This document shows, piece after piece, positions 46,328 through 55,547 of a stretch of 64,000 nucleotides of DNA. Origin of the DNA: Eubacteriales bacterium (GTDB taxonomy: Bacteria > Bacillota > Clostridia > Oscillospirales > CAG-272); assembly GCA_045585835.1 (NCBI GenBank), contig JAZMZG010000013.1, positions 6,835-70,834 of the forward strand, in the 5' to 3' direction. The first letter of the stretch is position 1; every line of letters begins with the position of its first letter. The translations under genes and the position numbers were made by a program. The notes under the pieces are model-generated. The model had not been told where the DNA came from and did not search any database. It worked only from the letters and a program-made list of their open reading frames with translations.

Positions 46328-47205
46328 GTGAGTGCCGCCTTTCCGGTAAAATCAGTCACTATCATAACGCTTTCGACTGTGTTTATATCTACCGTGGTCT
46401 TTACAAGAGCGTAGTTGCTTTGGCTGTACTCGTCATTTAGAATATCTACAACCTGACCTATATTGATTCCTCTTGGGTAGATACCGCCCGCGCCGGATGT
46501 CAATACTGTGTCTCCGATGCTGATTTTTGACGTATCACCTATATATTCTATTCTCATACATCCGCTTGCCGCATCCATAAAGTTTCCCGTTGCAACGATG
46601 CTTTCGGCGCTTTTAACGGTAACATTTTCTTCACCTTCAAGTACTACTTTTTCGGTGTATACGCTCACGGTAAAGTTGGGGTTGATCGTACATGTGCATA
46701 CAGAATGGTTTAATGCAACGTCAGTTACGATTCCCGCAAGACCTTGGTCGGTTATTATCGGCATTCCCTTAGTAATGCCGTTTGCGCTGCCTTTATCAAT
46801 TGTAAATGCCGCAAGGTAATTGATTTGACTGTAGGCAATAACGTTTGCTTTTTCAAAGTCGTATTTGCTTGATGAGCGTTTTAGCTCAAGAAAATTATAC
46901 AACCAATCGTTTTCGCGTTTTAATTCGTCTGATTTTTCTACGTCTTCCTGCATCGACTTGATTTGTTCTTTTAGAGCGTTATTTTCATCTTTTAAAGCTT
47001 TATAGTCAACAAAGTAAGCGCTGAAATTCGTGAAAAAGCCCTCAATGCTCTTGCAGACTTTTTCAAAAGGGGTAAGTATAATACCGACAGCATTATCAAC
47101 GAAGGACATTTTTCCGCCAAGACGTATGGCAAGAGAACTTGCCGAAAGCACTATGGCAACGGCAAGCGTTATTATGAAAAACGCATTTTTGAAAATATCC
47201 TTCAT
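46324..47205 (-). CDS. mreC: Rod shape-determining protein MreC
   Basis: N-terminal TM, coiled coil (ENNALKEQIKSMQEDVEK) and beta-rich C-terminal domain (GGIYPRGINIGQV). Confidence 0.9.
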   Translation of the reverse strand: MKDIFKNAFFIITLAVAIVLSASSLAIRLGGKMSFVDNAVGIILTPFEKVCKSIEGFFTNFSAYFVDYKALKDENNALKEQIKSMQEDVEKSDELKRENDWLYNFLELKRSSSKYDFEKANVIAYSQINYLAAFTIDKGSANGITKGMPIITDQGLAGIVTDVALNHSVCTCTINPNFTVSVYTEKVVLEGEENVTVKSAESIVATGNFMDAASGCMRIEYIGDTSKISIGDTVLTSGAGGIYPRGINIGQVVDILNDEYSQSNYALVKTTVDINTVESVMIVTDFTGKAALT

Positions 47206-47216
47206 AATTGATACCT

Positions 47217-48230
47217 TTACTTATATTTAATGAAATTTAACAATCGCTTGTATGTGTTCATATCTTCGATTACGGTGCCAATGCCTCTTATTACGCTTTC
47301 GTCGGGCGACTTGGCAACTCTTACGGGAAGGCCGGTCATTTCTCTAAGCAGTTTTTCAAGTCCGCCGAGCATTGCACCTCCGCCTGTGAGAATGATTCCT
47401 TCATCAAGTATGTCGCTTGATATTTCGGGAGGAGTAACTTCAAGTATTTTTCTTACGGCATCGGCGAGTTCGGCTATGATATCTCTGAGCGCTTCCTCCG
47501 TATCCGATGAGCTGACGGTTATCCTTTCGGGAAGCCCGGTCGTTACGCTTCGACCGATAACGTCCATAGTGCCTCTGTCAACGTAGGGGTGAACGCTTCC
47601 GATAGCGATTTTTATATCTTCAGCTATAGATTCGCCGATATTTACACCGAATTTTCTTTGTACTTCAGCGGCGATGGCTTCATTCATTCTGTCACCCGCA
47701 ATTCGAATTGATTTGGAAATAACGATTCCGCCGAATGAAAGAACCGCAACCTCCGTAGTTCCGCCGCCGATATCCATTATAAGTGAGCCTTTCGGGACGT
47801 TCATATCAATTCCCGCACCTATAGCCGCCGCAATGGGCTCTTCTATGATGGCGACCGAACGTGCACCTGCTTCAAGCGCTGCATCAAAAGCCGCAATACG
47901 CTCGACCTCGGTTATACCGTACGGTACGCAAAGGATAATGTCGGGGCGTAAAAAGAAGTTGTTGTTTTTTGAAACTCTGTCAATGAAGAGTTTAAGCATA
48001 TATTTTGAAATGCCGAATTCGGCAATAACGCCGTTTTTTAAAGGACGGTACACTTCGATATCCTCAGGTGTTTTACCGAGCATATCTTTAGCCTGTGAGC
48101 CGACCGCAACGACTTTTCCGAATCGCTTATTTACCGCAATAAGACTCGGCTCACGTAAGGCAATACCGCTTCCTTTAACGTAAGCAAGAGTATTCGCTGT
48201 TCCGAGATCTATGCCTATATTTCTTGACAT
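47217..48230 (-). CDS. mreB: Rod shape-determining protein MreB
   Basis: IGIDLGTANTLAYV, actin-fold phosphate motifs and DIGGGTTEVAV. Confidence 0.97.
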   Translation of the reverse strand: MSRNIGIDLGTANTLAYVKGSGIALREPSLIAVNKRFGKVVAVGSQAKDMLGKTPEDIEVYRPLKNGVIAEFGISKYMLKLFIDRVSKNNNFFLRPDIILCVPYGITEVERIAAFDAALEAGARSVAIIEEPIAAAIGAGIDMNVPKGSLIMDIGGGTTEVAVLSFGGIVISKSIRIAGDRMNEAIAAEVQRKFGVNIGESIAEDIKIAIGSVHPYVDRGTMDVIGRSVTTGLPERITVSSSDTEEALRDIIAELADAVRKILEVTPPEISSDILDEGIILTGGGAMLGGLEKLLREMTGLPVRVAKSPDESVIRGIGTVIEDMNTYKRLLNFIKYK

Positions 48231-48247
48231 ATAAACACTCCGTATTT

Positions 48248-48832
48248 TTATTTAAGCCATGAGAGAGGGGAGATGCCGAAATCATCTTTAAGTATTTTAA
48301 AGAGTAGATTCAAAGGCAATCCCATTACGTTAAAATAGTCACCTTTTATACCCTTAACAAGAGCTCTGCCGTATCCTTGTATTCCATATGCTCCCGCCTT
48401 GTCAAACGGCTCTTTGGTAGCAATATAGGCTTCGATAAGCTCATCATCAAGCTTGTCAAATTCAACCGCAGTGGCTTCGTGAGCTGTGACAGTCTTTCCC
48501 TTGTGTATTACCGCAACACCCGTATATACGGTATGGCATATTCCGGAAAGGGCGGTAAGCATTTGTTTTGCATCTGATTTGTTTTGGGGTTTTCCAAATA
48601 TTTTTTCGTTTACTACCACGCTCGTATCCGCAGCAATAACAAATTCGTCATCGTTTGCGTATTTAGATGCCGCAAGTGCTTTCCTTTCAGCTATGCGCTC
48701 GGAAACGAGTGATGCAGGTGTATTTTCATCAATGCTCTCGGATACGTTTGTCACCAAAACTCTGAAATCCATACCCATTTCCGCCAAAAGCATAGCTCTT
48801 CTCGGTGAGCCCGAGGCTAACAGTATTTTCAT
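48248..48832 (-). CDS. maf: Maf-like nucleoside triphosphate pyrophosphatase
   Basis: ILLASGSPRR N-terminal motif and KAGAYGIQG. Confidence 0.93.
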   Translation of the reverse strand: MKILLASGSPRRAMLLAEMGMDFRVLVTNVSESIDENTPASLVSERIAERKALAASKYANDDEFVIAADTSVVVNEKIFGKPQNKSDAKQMLTALSGICHTVYTGVAVIHKGKTVTAHEATAVEFDKLDDELIEAYIATKEPFDKAGAYGIQGYGRALVKGIKGDYFNVMGLPLNLLFKILKDDFGISPLSWLK

Positions 48833-49458
48833 TTGAGGGAAAAGCTTTCTATCATCGCATCAACAGCGGCAATATTATAATCGTAGCTATCGGGGGAAGA
48901 GGTGTAAGTAAAACAGTATACAACGGTGCGGTTACCCTTGGGAACTGCGATGCAGACCTGTTTTACTTTAAGCTCTGCGCTCGCAATATTACCCGTATAA
49001 ACAACGCTGTAGGCGTTGTACTCTCCGACTTTCAGCTCTTGGTCGGAAACTACGGTATACTTACTGACTAAAGCCGAAAGCGTTTTATCGTAGCCGTCAA
49101 AGCTCTCGAAATTATTGATATCGTTATCTTCGGGAACACCGTTCCAATATTCTTTGAGGCTCAAAATGCTGTCTTCGCTGCTGCCTAAAGGTACTTCCAC
49201 CTCCCAAGAATTCAGTACAACGCTTGAGTTGTCGTTTGAATGGTCGGCTTTAACAAGACTCAAATAACCCGCAGACTCAGAGGGGAGCCAAACGGACATC
49301 GGATATAAGAAATAACAGTCCGCAACATCTGAGGTGCATACTGAAAATCCCGCAGGAGCAGTAATGCGGTCTGCGCTTTTCTTGCAAGAGGTGAGCATTG
49401 AAAGCGTAAGTGAGATACAAAGTGCCGATAAAACAATAAATTTTAAGATTTTTTTCAT
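48829..49458 (-). CDS. Putative lipoprotein of unknown function
   Basis: Signal peptide with lipobox LTSC (MKKILKFIVLSALCISLTLSMLTSC). ATG 49458 lies 5 nt after AGGTGA. Overlaps the maf start. Confidence 0.65.
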   Translation of the reverse strand: MKKILKFIVLSALCISLTLSMLTSCKKSADRITAPAGFSVCTSDVADCYFLYPMSVWLPSESAGYLSLVKADHSNDNSSVVLNSWEVEVPLGSSEDSILSLKEYWNGVPEDNDINNFESFDGYDKTLSALVSKYTVVSDQELKVGEYNAYSVVYTGNIASAELKVKQVCIAVPKGNRTVVYCFTYTSSPDSYDYNIAAVDAMIESFSLK

Positions 49459-49487
49459 AATTTTCACCTGTTTATAATAATATATAT

Positions 49488-49516
49488 ATTTTATAGCAAA
49501 CTTTAATGAATGTCAA
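49488..49516 (-). promoter_or_regulatory. Sigma-A-type promoter of the lipoprotein-maf-mreBCD operon
   Basis: Minus strand TTGACA, 17 nt, TAAAAT, located just downstream of the orphan terminator. Confidence 0.6.
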
Positions 49517-49534
49517 GACAAATGACGTATATAG

Positions 49535-49578
49535 CAAAAAAATGAAAGACCGCCCAAGTAAAAGAGGGCGGTCTTTCG
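49535..49578 (-). terminator. Orphan minus-strand intrinsic terminator (end of a candidate small RNA)
   Basis: 12-bp perfect stem gaaagaccgccc/gggcggtctttc followed by attttttt on the minus strand. No CDS lies upstream of it on that strand. Confidence 0.75.
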
Positions 49579-49827
49579 AGATGGGGGAAAGTATTTTACA
49601 GCCGAAGAAAAATCGGGCTGTAATTATAAACAGTGCGAAAAAAGAAAAGAGGGAAAAACGCACTGTCTTCACCGGTTTGCATATTAAGTATACAAGATGA
49701 GAATCATAAAATTATGTATATATTAAGGCAAAATTGTATGATAAATGGCAACTTATTCTTGACAATGCCATCTTGATAATGCATAATAAATGAAATGACA
49801 AATCTATATAATTTGCGAGGAAACGGA

Positions 49828-51051
49828 ATGAATAAAACAAAACAGAGACAATATGCAAGACTGATAGTCAAAAAGGGCGCAAACGTACAAAAGAAACAGC
49901 CTGTAGTAATAAATGCGCAGGTAGAACAGCATGAATTTGTTAAGATACTTGTTGATGAGTGCTATAAAGCGGGTGCAAGCGAAGTAATTATGAATTGGGG
50001 ATACCAACCGTTAACGAAGCTTGCCGTTAAGTATAAGACCGAAAAGCTATTATCGACGCTTCACGATTGGGAAATTGCTAAATATAAGCATCTTGCAGAC
50101 GTTCTGCCCGCTATGATATATATTGAGTCAAGCGACCCCGACGGACTTGCGGGAATAAATCAGAAGAAGTACGCAAAGGCGATGCAAAAGATACGCTCGG
50201 TCACTAAACCCATTACCGACACTATGGACAATAAGCATCAATGGTGTATTGCGGCAGTTCCCGGTCAAGAATGGGCGAAAAAGCTTTTCCCGAATGTAAG
50301 AAAATCGACTGCGATGGAAATGCTTTGGGATGCTATACTTGAAACCTCTCGTGCAAAGGGCGATGCTGTCGCAAATTGGGACGCACATAATGCTGACCTT
50401 AAGCGCAGATGCGATTACCTTAATTCACTAAATTTGAAGAAGCTGCATTATAAGTCATCAAACGGAACCGACCTTACGGTAGGACTTTTGAAAAACGTTA
50501 AATTTCACGGCGGCGCAGACGATACTATCTCGGGTGTAACTTATAATCCAAATATACCCTCCGAAGAGGTATTCACCTCTCCCGATAAAAATACCGCAGA
50601 GGGTACTGTGGTATCCACTAAACCGCTTTCATACCAAGGACAGATTATTGATAATTTCCAAATATGGTTCGAAAAGGGAAAAGCGGTAAAGGTATACGCC
50701 GAAAAAAACCAATCGCTTTTAGAAGAAATGATAAAAACGGACGAATGCGCTTGTATGCTCGGCGAATGTGCACTCGTACCGTACGACTCGCCGATAAGAA
50801 ACAGCGGAATTCTTTTTTACAATACGCTCTTTGACGAAAATGCGGCTTGCCACCTTGCGCTCGGAGCGGGATTTAACGAGTGTCTTGAAGGATTTGAAAA
50901 TATGACTTTGGAGGAATGTGCCGCATACGGTATAAACGATTCGCTTATACACGTTGACTTTATGATGGGCTCTGAGGACCTTGATATTATCGGTATTGAT
51001 GAAAGCGGAAAGGAAATACAGATATTTAAAAACGGCAATTGGGCATTTTAA
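49828..51051 (+). CDS. Aminopeptidase, M29 (PepS/AmpS) family
   Basis: 407 aa. N-terminus QYARLIVKKGANVQKKQPVVI and C-terminal HLALGAGF...HVDFM motifs are typical of thermophilic-metalloprotease M29. ATG 49828 follows GAGGAAA. Confidence 0.85.
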   Translation: MNKTKQRQYARLIVKKGANVQKKQPVVINAQVEQHEFVKILVDECYKAGASEVIMNWGYQPLTKLAVKYKTEKLLSTLHDWEIAKYKHLADVLPAMIYIESSDPDGLAGINQKKYAKAMQKIRSVTKPITDTMDNKHQWCIAAVPGQEWAKKLFPNVRKSTAMEMLWDAILETSRAKGDAVANWDAHNADLKRRCDYLNSLNLKKLHYKSSNGTDLTVGLLKNVKFHGGADDTISGVTYNPNIPSEEVFTSPDKNTAEGTVVSTKPLSYQGQIIDNFQIWFEKGKAVKVYAEKNQSLLEEMIKTDECACMLGECALVPYDSPIRNSGILFYNTLFDENAACHLALGAGFNECLEGFENMTLEECAAYGINDSLIHVDFMMGSEDLDIIGIDESGKEIQIFKNGNWAF

Positions 51052-51063
51052 TTTAATACAATA

Positions 51064-51103
51064 AAAAATCCGATGCGACTTAGCGGGCGCATCGGATTTT
51101 GTT
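51064..51103. terminator. Bidirectional intrinsic terminator
   Basis: Stem tccgatgcg/cgcatcgga flanked by aaaaaa and tttt, between convergent genes. Confidence 0.8.
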
Positions 51104-51132
51104 GTAATTATTGAATTTTAGCCAAATGAACA

Positions 51133-52284
51133 TTAAACGCTCTTCTTGTTTTCTCGTACAGCCGCCACAAGCTTTGCAATCTTCTGCTCCATAAGCTTAT
51201 AATTTTCGATTTGTTTTTTGTAATCTTCAATTTGCTTTTCGCAATTTGCCAATTCTTCGTTTGCCTTTATAAGCTCGGCTTCGGTGGTGAGGTATTTCTT
51301 TTCGGTTTCTGCATTTTGCTCGCGGAGCTTGTCTATCTGTTCATCCTTTTTGTGTTCGTCTTGTGAGCTGAATGCGCTGTAGACTTTAGCTGTTATCATA
51401 TCAAGCGCTTCATCAACTTGATCGGCTTTGTACCACGTGTCGTCCTTTGAATCAAAGGCAAGATCGTTTATAAAGTCGGTTATATCACTTGCACTCGGAA
51501 GCTTATTTTCGATTTGATGTATCGTTATTTCTTCGTTTGTTTGTACGGGAGCCACTTCAATAACCTCCTCTTCTTGCGCCGTAATTTCAACAGTTTCGGT
51601 TTCGATTACGTCAGCTTCAGATGTTTCGGGTTCAATTACTTCGTCTTCAGCTGTTTTGACATCGTCCGTATTTTCGGGTTCGTTTTCGGAAAATATTGAA
51701 TCAAGATCGCTTGCTTGAGGCTTATCCTTTTTAAACACAGAATCGAATTTTTGTTCAAATGATTCGGTTTCTTCGGCTTTTTTTGTAACGTGCTTATCGT
51801 CAATAAAAATAAACGTTATTTTGAGTCCGAGTATAACGGCCATCAGAAAAATTACCGCAACGTGAGAGTTTATGTATGCAAAGTAGCCGCCAAGGAAGGG
51901 AAAATTGACGGATTTTGCCATACCTACTATAGCACTTTTGCTGATAGTCACGGAGCCCTTACCCTCGTTAATGCCATCATCGTTGGTTTTGATGCTTGTC
52001 CAAATATCGACGGTACCGCTATCCTTATTTACCGACTTTACGACACCCATAAGGTCTTGTTGACCGTTTGAGTAAATTACCGCAATTCTTGTTTCAATAT
52101 CGGAAAATTCTGTGTCTTTATAGTAAAACAGCGCGTTCTTTGCAAAATCTTTTCCCAAGGAGTTATCCTTAATGGACCAAGGCTTTAATCCCGTGAGCAT
52201 CGGTGCGGCAATTATTCCGTAGAGAAGCAACGCAACGATGCAAAAAATCGAAAGAACAGAAATAACTTTTTTGAAGATTGCCAT
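51133..52284 (-). CDS. Membrane protein: signal-peptidase-I-like (SipW-like) ectodomain between two TMs, acidic linker, and DivIVA-like coiled coil
   Basis: TM1 VISVLSIFCIVALLLYGIIAAP, TM2 HVAVIFLMAVILGLKITFIFI, and a D/E/T-rich linker. The C-terminus has YKADQVDEALDMI plus heptad-rich LREQNAETEKKY...IEDYKKQIENYK. Domain calls are by eye. Confidence 0.55.
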   Translation of the reverse strand: MAIFKKVISVLSIFCIVALLLYGIIAAPMLTGLKPWSIKDNSLGKDFAKNALFYYKDTEFSDIETRIAVIYSNGQQDLMGVVKSVNKDSGTVDIWTSIKTNDDGINEGKGSVTISKSAIVGMAKSVNFPFLGGYFAYINSHVAVIFLMAVILGLKITFIFIDDKHVTKKAEETESFEQKFDSVFKKDKPQASDLDSIFSENEPENTDDVKTAEDEVIEPETSEADVIETETVEITAQEEEVIEVAPVQTNEEITIHQIENKLPSASDITDFINDLAFDSKDDTWYKADQVDEALDMITAKVYSAFSSQDEHKKDEQIDKLREQNAETEKKYLTTEAELIKANEELANCEKQIEDYKKQIENYKLMEQKIAKLVAAVRENKKSV

Positions 52285-52397
52285 AGTTGTACCTCATATG
52301 ATTATTATATCACTATTTTATTATTACTGTCGCATTTTGTCAAGTGGAAAAAGGAATATTGTAAAAATTGTAATATTTATATACAAGTTCATATCTA

Positions 52398-52426
52398 TTG
52401 ACTTTTTATGTTTGTTGTCGTATAAT
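52398..52426 (+). promoter_or_regulatory. Sigma-A-type promoter of nrdR-mazG
   Basis: TTGACT, 17 nt, TATAAT. Confidence 0.65.
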
Positions 52427-52457
52427 TTTTAAAGAATACCCACAAGGAGAAAATTTT

Positions 52458-52910
52458 ATGAAGTGTCCCAAATGTAATTGTCAAGACAGTAAAGTCGTTG
52501 ATTCAAGACCGACCGATGAAGGCTCTATAAGAAGAAGACGCGAATGTCTTGCTTGCCAAAACAGATTTACGACTTATGAAATATTCGAAACCACGCCTAT
52601 CGTCGTTATTAAGAAGGACGGCTCGCGCCAGACGTTCGACAGGAATAAAATAATAAACGGACTTATAAAGTCATGCGAAAAGCGCCCTGTAACCTTAAAG
52701 CAGATAGAGGACATAGCATCATCTGTTGAAGTAGCGATAAGCAATTCCATGAAGAAGGAAGTATCGTCACGTGAAGTCGGCGAGATGATTATGGAGCGCT
52801 TAAGAGAGGTTGATGACGTTGCATACGTGCGCTTTGCTTCCGTTTACAGAGAATTCAAGGATATAAAGACGTTTATGAATGAGATAAAGCGTCTTGTGAC
52901 GGAGAAATAG
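52458..52910 (+). CDS. nrdR: Transcriptional repressor NrdR
   Basis: MKCPKCNCQDSKVVDSRPTDEGSIRRRRECLACQNRFTTYE zinc ribbon plus ATP-cone. ATG 52458 follows AAGGAG. Confidence 0.96.
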   Translation: MKCPKCNCQDSKVVDSRPTDEGSIRRRRECLACQNRFTTYEIFETTPIVVIKKDGSRQTFDRNKIINGLIKSCEKRPVTLKQIEDIASSVEVAISNSMKKEVSSREVGEMIMERLREVDDVAYVRFASVYREFKDIKTFMNEIKRLVTEK

Positions 52911-52911
52911 T

Positions 52912-53724
52912 ATGGTCGAAAAAGCGAAAAAATTTTTGAATAAAGACAGCTACAGCTTCGAAGATTTAGTGGAGATAATGCGTATATTGCGTGCTCCCGA
53001 CGGATGCCCGTGGGACAGAGAGCAGAACCATAAGAGTATAAGACAAAATTTTATTGAGGAGACCTACGAAGCTGTCGAGGCTATTGATAATTCCGACAGC
53101 AAATTGCTTTGTGAAGAGCTTGGCGACGTGTTGATGCAGGTCGTATTCCATTCGGTAATAAGCGAAGAGGAAAAAGAATTTTCCGTATCTGACATGCTTT
53201 ACGGAGTATGCTCCAAGCTTGTATTGCGCCACCCTCACATATTTGCAAATGAAGTTGCGGAAGATACGGAAAAGGTCCTTGATAATTGGGATAAGATAAA
53301 AACCGTCGAAAAGCATTACAGCTCAACGGGCGAAAAGATAGATTCGGTATCAAGAGCGATGCCTTCGTTAATGAGGGCGCAGAAAATCGGCGGGAAGTGC
53401 AGAAAAGCCGGATTTGATTTTGCAGACGCAAAAGATGCGCTTGTAAAGCTTACCGAAGAATCAAACGAGCTTATGGCCGAATACGAGAGATCCGACAAAG
53501 AAAAGGCCTTCGAAGAAGCGGGTGACCTTCTTCTTGCGGCAGTAAACGTAGTGCGTCTATGTGACGTTGATGCAGAGTACGCCTTGTACGTTGCTTGTGA
53601 AAAATACATTTCACGTTACAAAGCTATGGAAAAAATAATAGCCGATAAAGGTCTTGAGCTTGAAACTATGTCGGATGACGAGAAAAACGGCTGTTGGGAT
53701 GAAGCAAAGCTTTGCACAAAATAA
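52912..53724 (+). CDS. mazG: MazG nucleoside triphosphate pyrophosphohydrolase (tandem MazG domains)
   Basis: CPWDREQNHKSIRQNFIEETYEAVEAI and a second EExGDLL-type motif (FEEAGDLLLAAV). Confidence 0.9.
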   Translation: MVEKAKKFLNKDSYSFEDLVEIMRILRAPDGCPWDREQNHKSIRQNFIEETYEAVEAIDNSDSKLLCEELGDVLMQVVFHSVISEEEKEFSVSDMLYGVCSKLVLRHPHIFANEVAEDTEKVLDNWDKIKTVEKHYSSTGEKIDSVSRAMPSLMRAQKIGGKCRKAGFDFADAKDALVKLTEESNELMAEYERSDKEKAFEEAGDLLLAAVNVVRLCDVDAEYALYVACEKYISRYKAMEKIIADKGLELETMSDDEKNGCWDEAKLCTK

Positions 53725-53818
53725 TTGAGCGGTTAAATTTACGATAGTTATGTAATTATACTTGAAATAATCCTTTTGAAATGGTATAATTCTATGATTA
53801 AAGTTTTGGAGTGATATT

Positions 53819-54760
53819 TTGAAGGTTGTTCAATGTGCGGAATGCAAACATACTGAAAACGGAATATGCGCAAAAAACACCGAGAAAAACACGGTAGCTC
53901 TCGGGAATTTTGACGGTTTGCATCTTGGACACGTAAAGCTCATTGAAGAAATAACCAAACGTGACGATGCCGATTCGTATGTATATACCTTTGATGTTCA
54001 TCCGAGCAAATTCATATTAAGCGATCCGTCTTCGGTAAAGTCAATAATCAACAACGAACAAAAGATACGGATACTTTCAAAGATGGGTGTTGGACACATT
54101 TGCTTTGATGACTTTGAAAGCGTCAGGGATATGAGCCCGTCTGATTTCGTGAAAAAAGTTCTTATCGATACTCTAAAATGCGATATTGCCGTTTGCGGAT
54201 ATAATTTCACTTTTGGAAAAAAAGGCGCAGGTGACAGCGAATTTTTAAAAAGCGAGCTCAAAAAATACGGTGCGGAATGTATTGTGGTAGATCCGGTAAC
54301 GCATAACGGTGTCGCAATTAGCTCAACGAGGATACGAGGTTTGATAGAAAGCGGTGCAGTTGACGAGGCAGCAAAGCTTCTCGGGCGTCCGTTTTCAATA
54401 AGCCGTCCCGTGTTGCACGGAAGAATGCTCGGTAGGACTATGGGTATACCAACCATCAATCAGAGCTTCGATGAAGATTTTGTAAGGCCGGCAAACGGAG
54501 TATATGTAAGCCGCGTCACTTTTGACGGCAAAGAATACCCCGCCGTTTGCGACGTCGGAACGAAGCCTACGGTAAGCGGAAAGGAGCTTCTTGCGGAAAC
54601 ACACATAATAGGATACAGCGGCATATTGTACGGTGAAATCGTAGAGGTCGCTTTTTTGAAGAAGCTTAGAAGCGAGGAGAAATTCTCCGATACCGAACAT
54701 TTAAAACAAGTAATTCAAAATGATATTAACGATGCGAAAAAGTATTTCGGCATCGAGTGA
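53819..54760 (+). CDS. ribF: Bifunctional riboflavin kinase / FMN adenylyltransferase
   Basis: ALGNFDGLHLGH, GYNFTFG, and C-terminal kinase motifs (GIPTINQ...GVY). TTG start 7 nt after GGAG. Confidence 0.92.
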   Translation: MKVVQCAECKHTENGICAKNTEKNTVALGNFDGLHLGHVKLIEEITKRDDADSYVYTFDVHPSKFILSDPSSVKSIINNEQKIRILSKMGVGHICFDDFESVRDMSPSDFVKKVLIDTLKCDIAVCGYNFTFGKKGAGDSEFLKSELKKYGAECIVVDPVTHNGVAISSTRIRGLIESGAVDEAAKLLGRPFSISRPVLHGRMLGRTMGIPTINQSFDEDFVRPANGVYVSRVTFDGKEYPAVCDVGTKPTVSGKELLAETHIIGYSGILYGEIVEVAFLKKLRSEEKFSDTEHLKQVIQNDINDAKKYFGIE

Positions 54761-54795
54761 TATAGTATTCATTATTTCAAGGAGTGAAAAAACGT

Positions 54796-55500
54796 ATGGA
54801 CACACCGAAGTACAAGAGAATTTTACTTAAACTTTCGGGAGAAGCACTTTCGGAAACAGACGGAGGCATACTTGATTTCGATTTTATTGCCGAGATCGGA
54901 AAGGTGATAAAAAAATGTATTGATGCCGGAGTTGAAATCGGCATAGTGGTAGGCGGCGGCAATATTTGGCGAGGAAGACACGGTATGGACAGCAATAAGT
55001 CAAGAAGCGACCATATGGGTATGCTCGCTACCGTAATAAACGGTCTTGCGTTGCAAACGGGATTTGAAAACCTCGGTATAAAAACCGTTTTGCAGACGGC
55101 TTTTGAAATAAAACCGATGGCAGAAGCATATTCAAATGCGAAGGCACTTGAATATTTGTCCGAAAAGACGGTAGTTATCTTTTCGGGCGGCACGGGTTGC
55201 CCGTATTTTTCAACAGATACTGCAGCTGCATTGAGAGCGGCTGAAATAAAAGCTGACGTGATGCTTATGGCAAAGAACATTGACGGCATATATACCGCCG
55301 ACCCCAAGAAAGATCCCGCAGCAACAAGATATGAGCGTTTAAGCTACAGCGAGATACTTGAAAACGGTTTAAACGCAATTGACAGCACGGCGGCAGCATT
55401 TGGCAGAGACAATAAGATTCCCGCATTTGTATTTAAGCTCACCCCCGATAATATCTACGAAGCTGTAATGGGCAGAGCAAACGGAACAGTAATAGAATAA
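54796..55500 (+). CDS. pyrH: UMP kinase
   Basis: YKRILLKLSGEAL and VVGGGNIWRG motifs. ATG 54796 is preferred over GTG 54784, which overlaps the SD. Confidence 0.95.
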   Translation: MDTPKYKRILLKLSGEALSETDGGILDFDFIAEIGKVIKKCIDAGVEIGIVVGGGNIWRGRHGMDSNKSRSDHMGMLATVINGLALQTGFENLGIKTVLQTAFEIKPMAEAYSNAKALEYLSEKTVVIFSGGTGCPYFSTDTAAALRAAEIKADVMLMAKNIDGIYTADPKKDPAATRYERLSYSEILENGLNAIDSTAAAFGRDNKIPAFVFKLTPDNIYEAVMGRANGTVIE

Positions 55501-55547
55501 AAAAATAACACCGTTTCCCTCGGTTTTAGGGAAGAAAGGAGCATACA

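Noticed and set aside
49472-49700. Hydrophobic 66-aa minus ORF and highly basic 64-aa plus ORF in the lipoprotein/aminopeptidase intergenic gap.
   Set aside because: The minus ORF reads straight through a 12-bp terminator stem and the downstream operon promoter. The plus ORF has no SD. The region is better explained as non-coding (see the small-RNA candidate finding).
48248-53724. Maf, MazG, and elsewhere TatD and Tex, considered as possible components of an anti-phage or toxin-linked module.
   Set aside because: Each sits in its standard housekeeping context (maf-mreBCD, nrdR-mazG, metG-tatD). They have host-like composition and no neighbouring nucleases, toxins or mobile-element genes.
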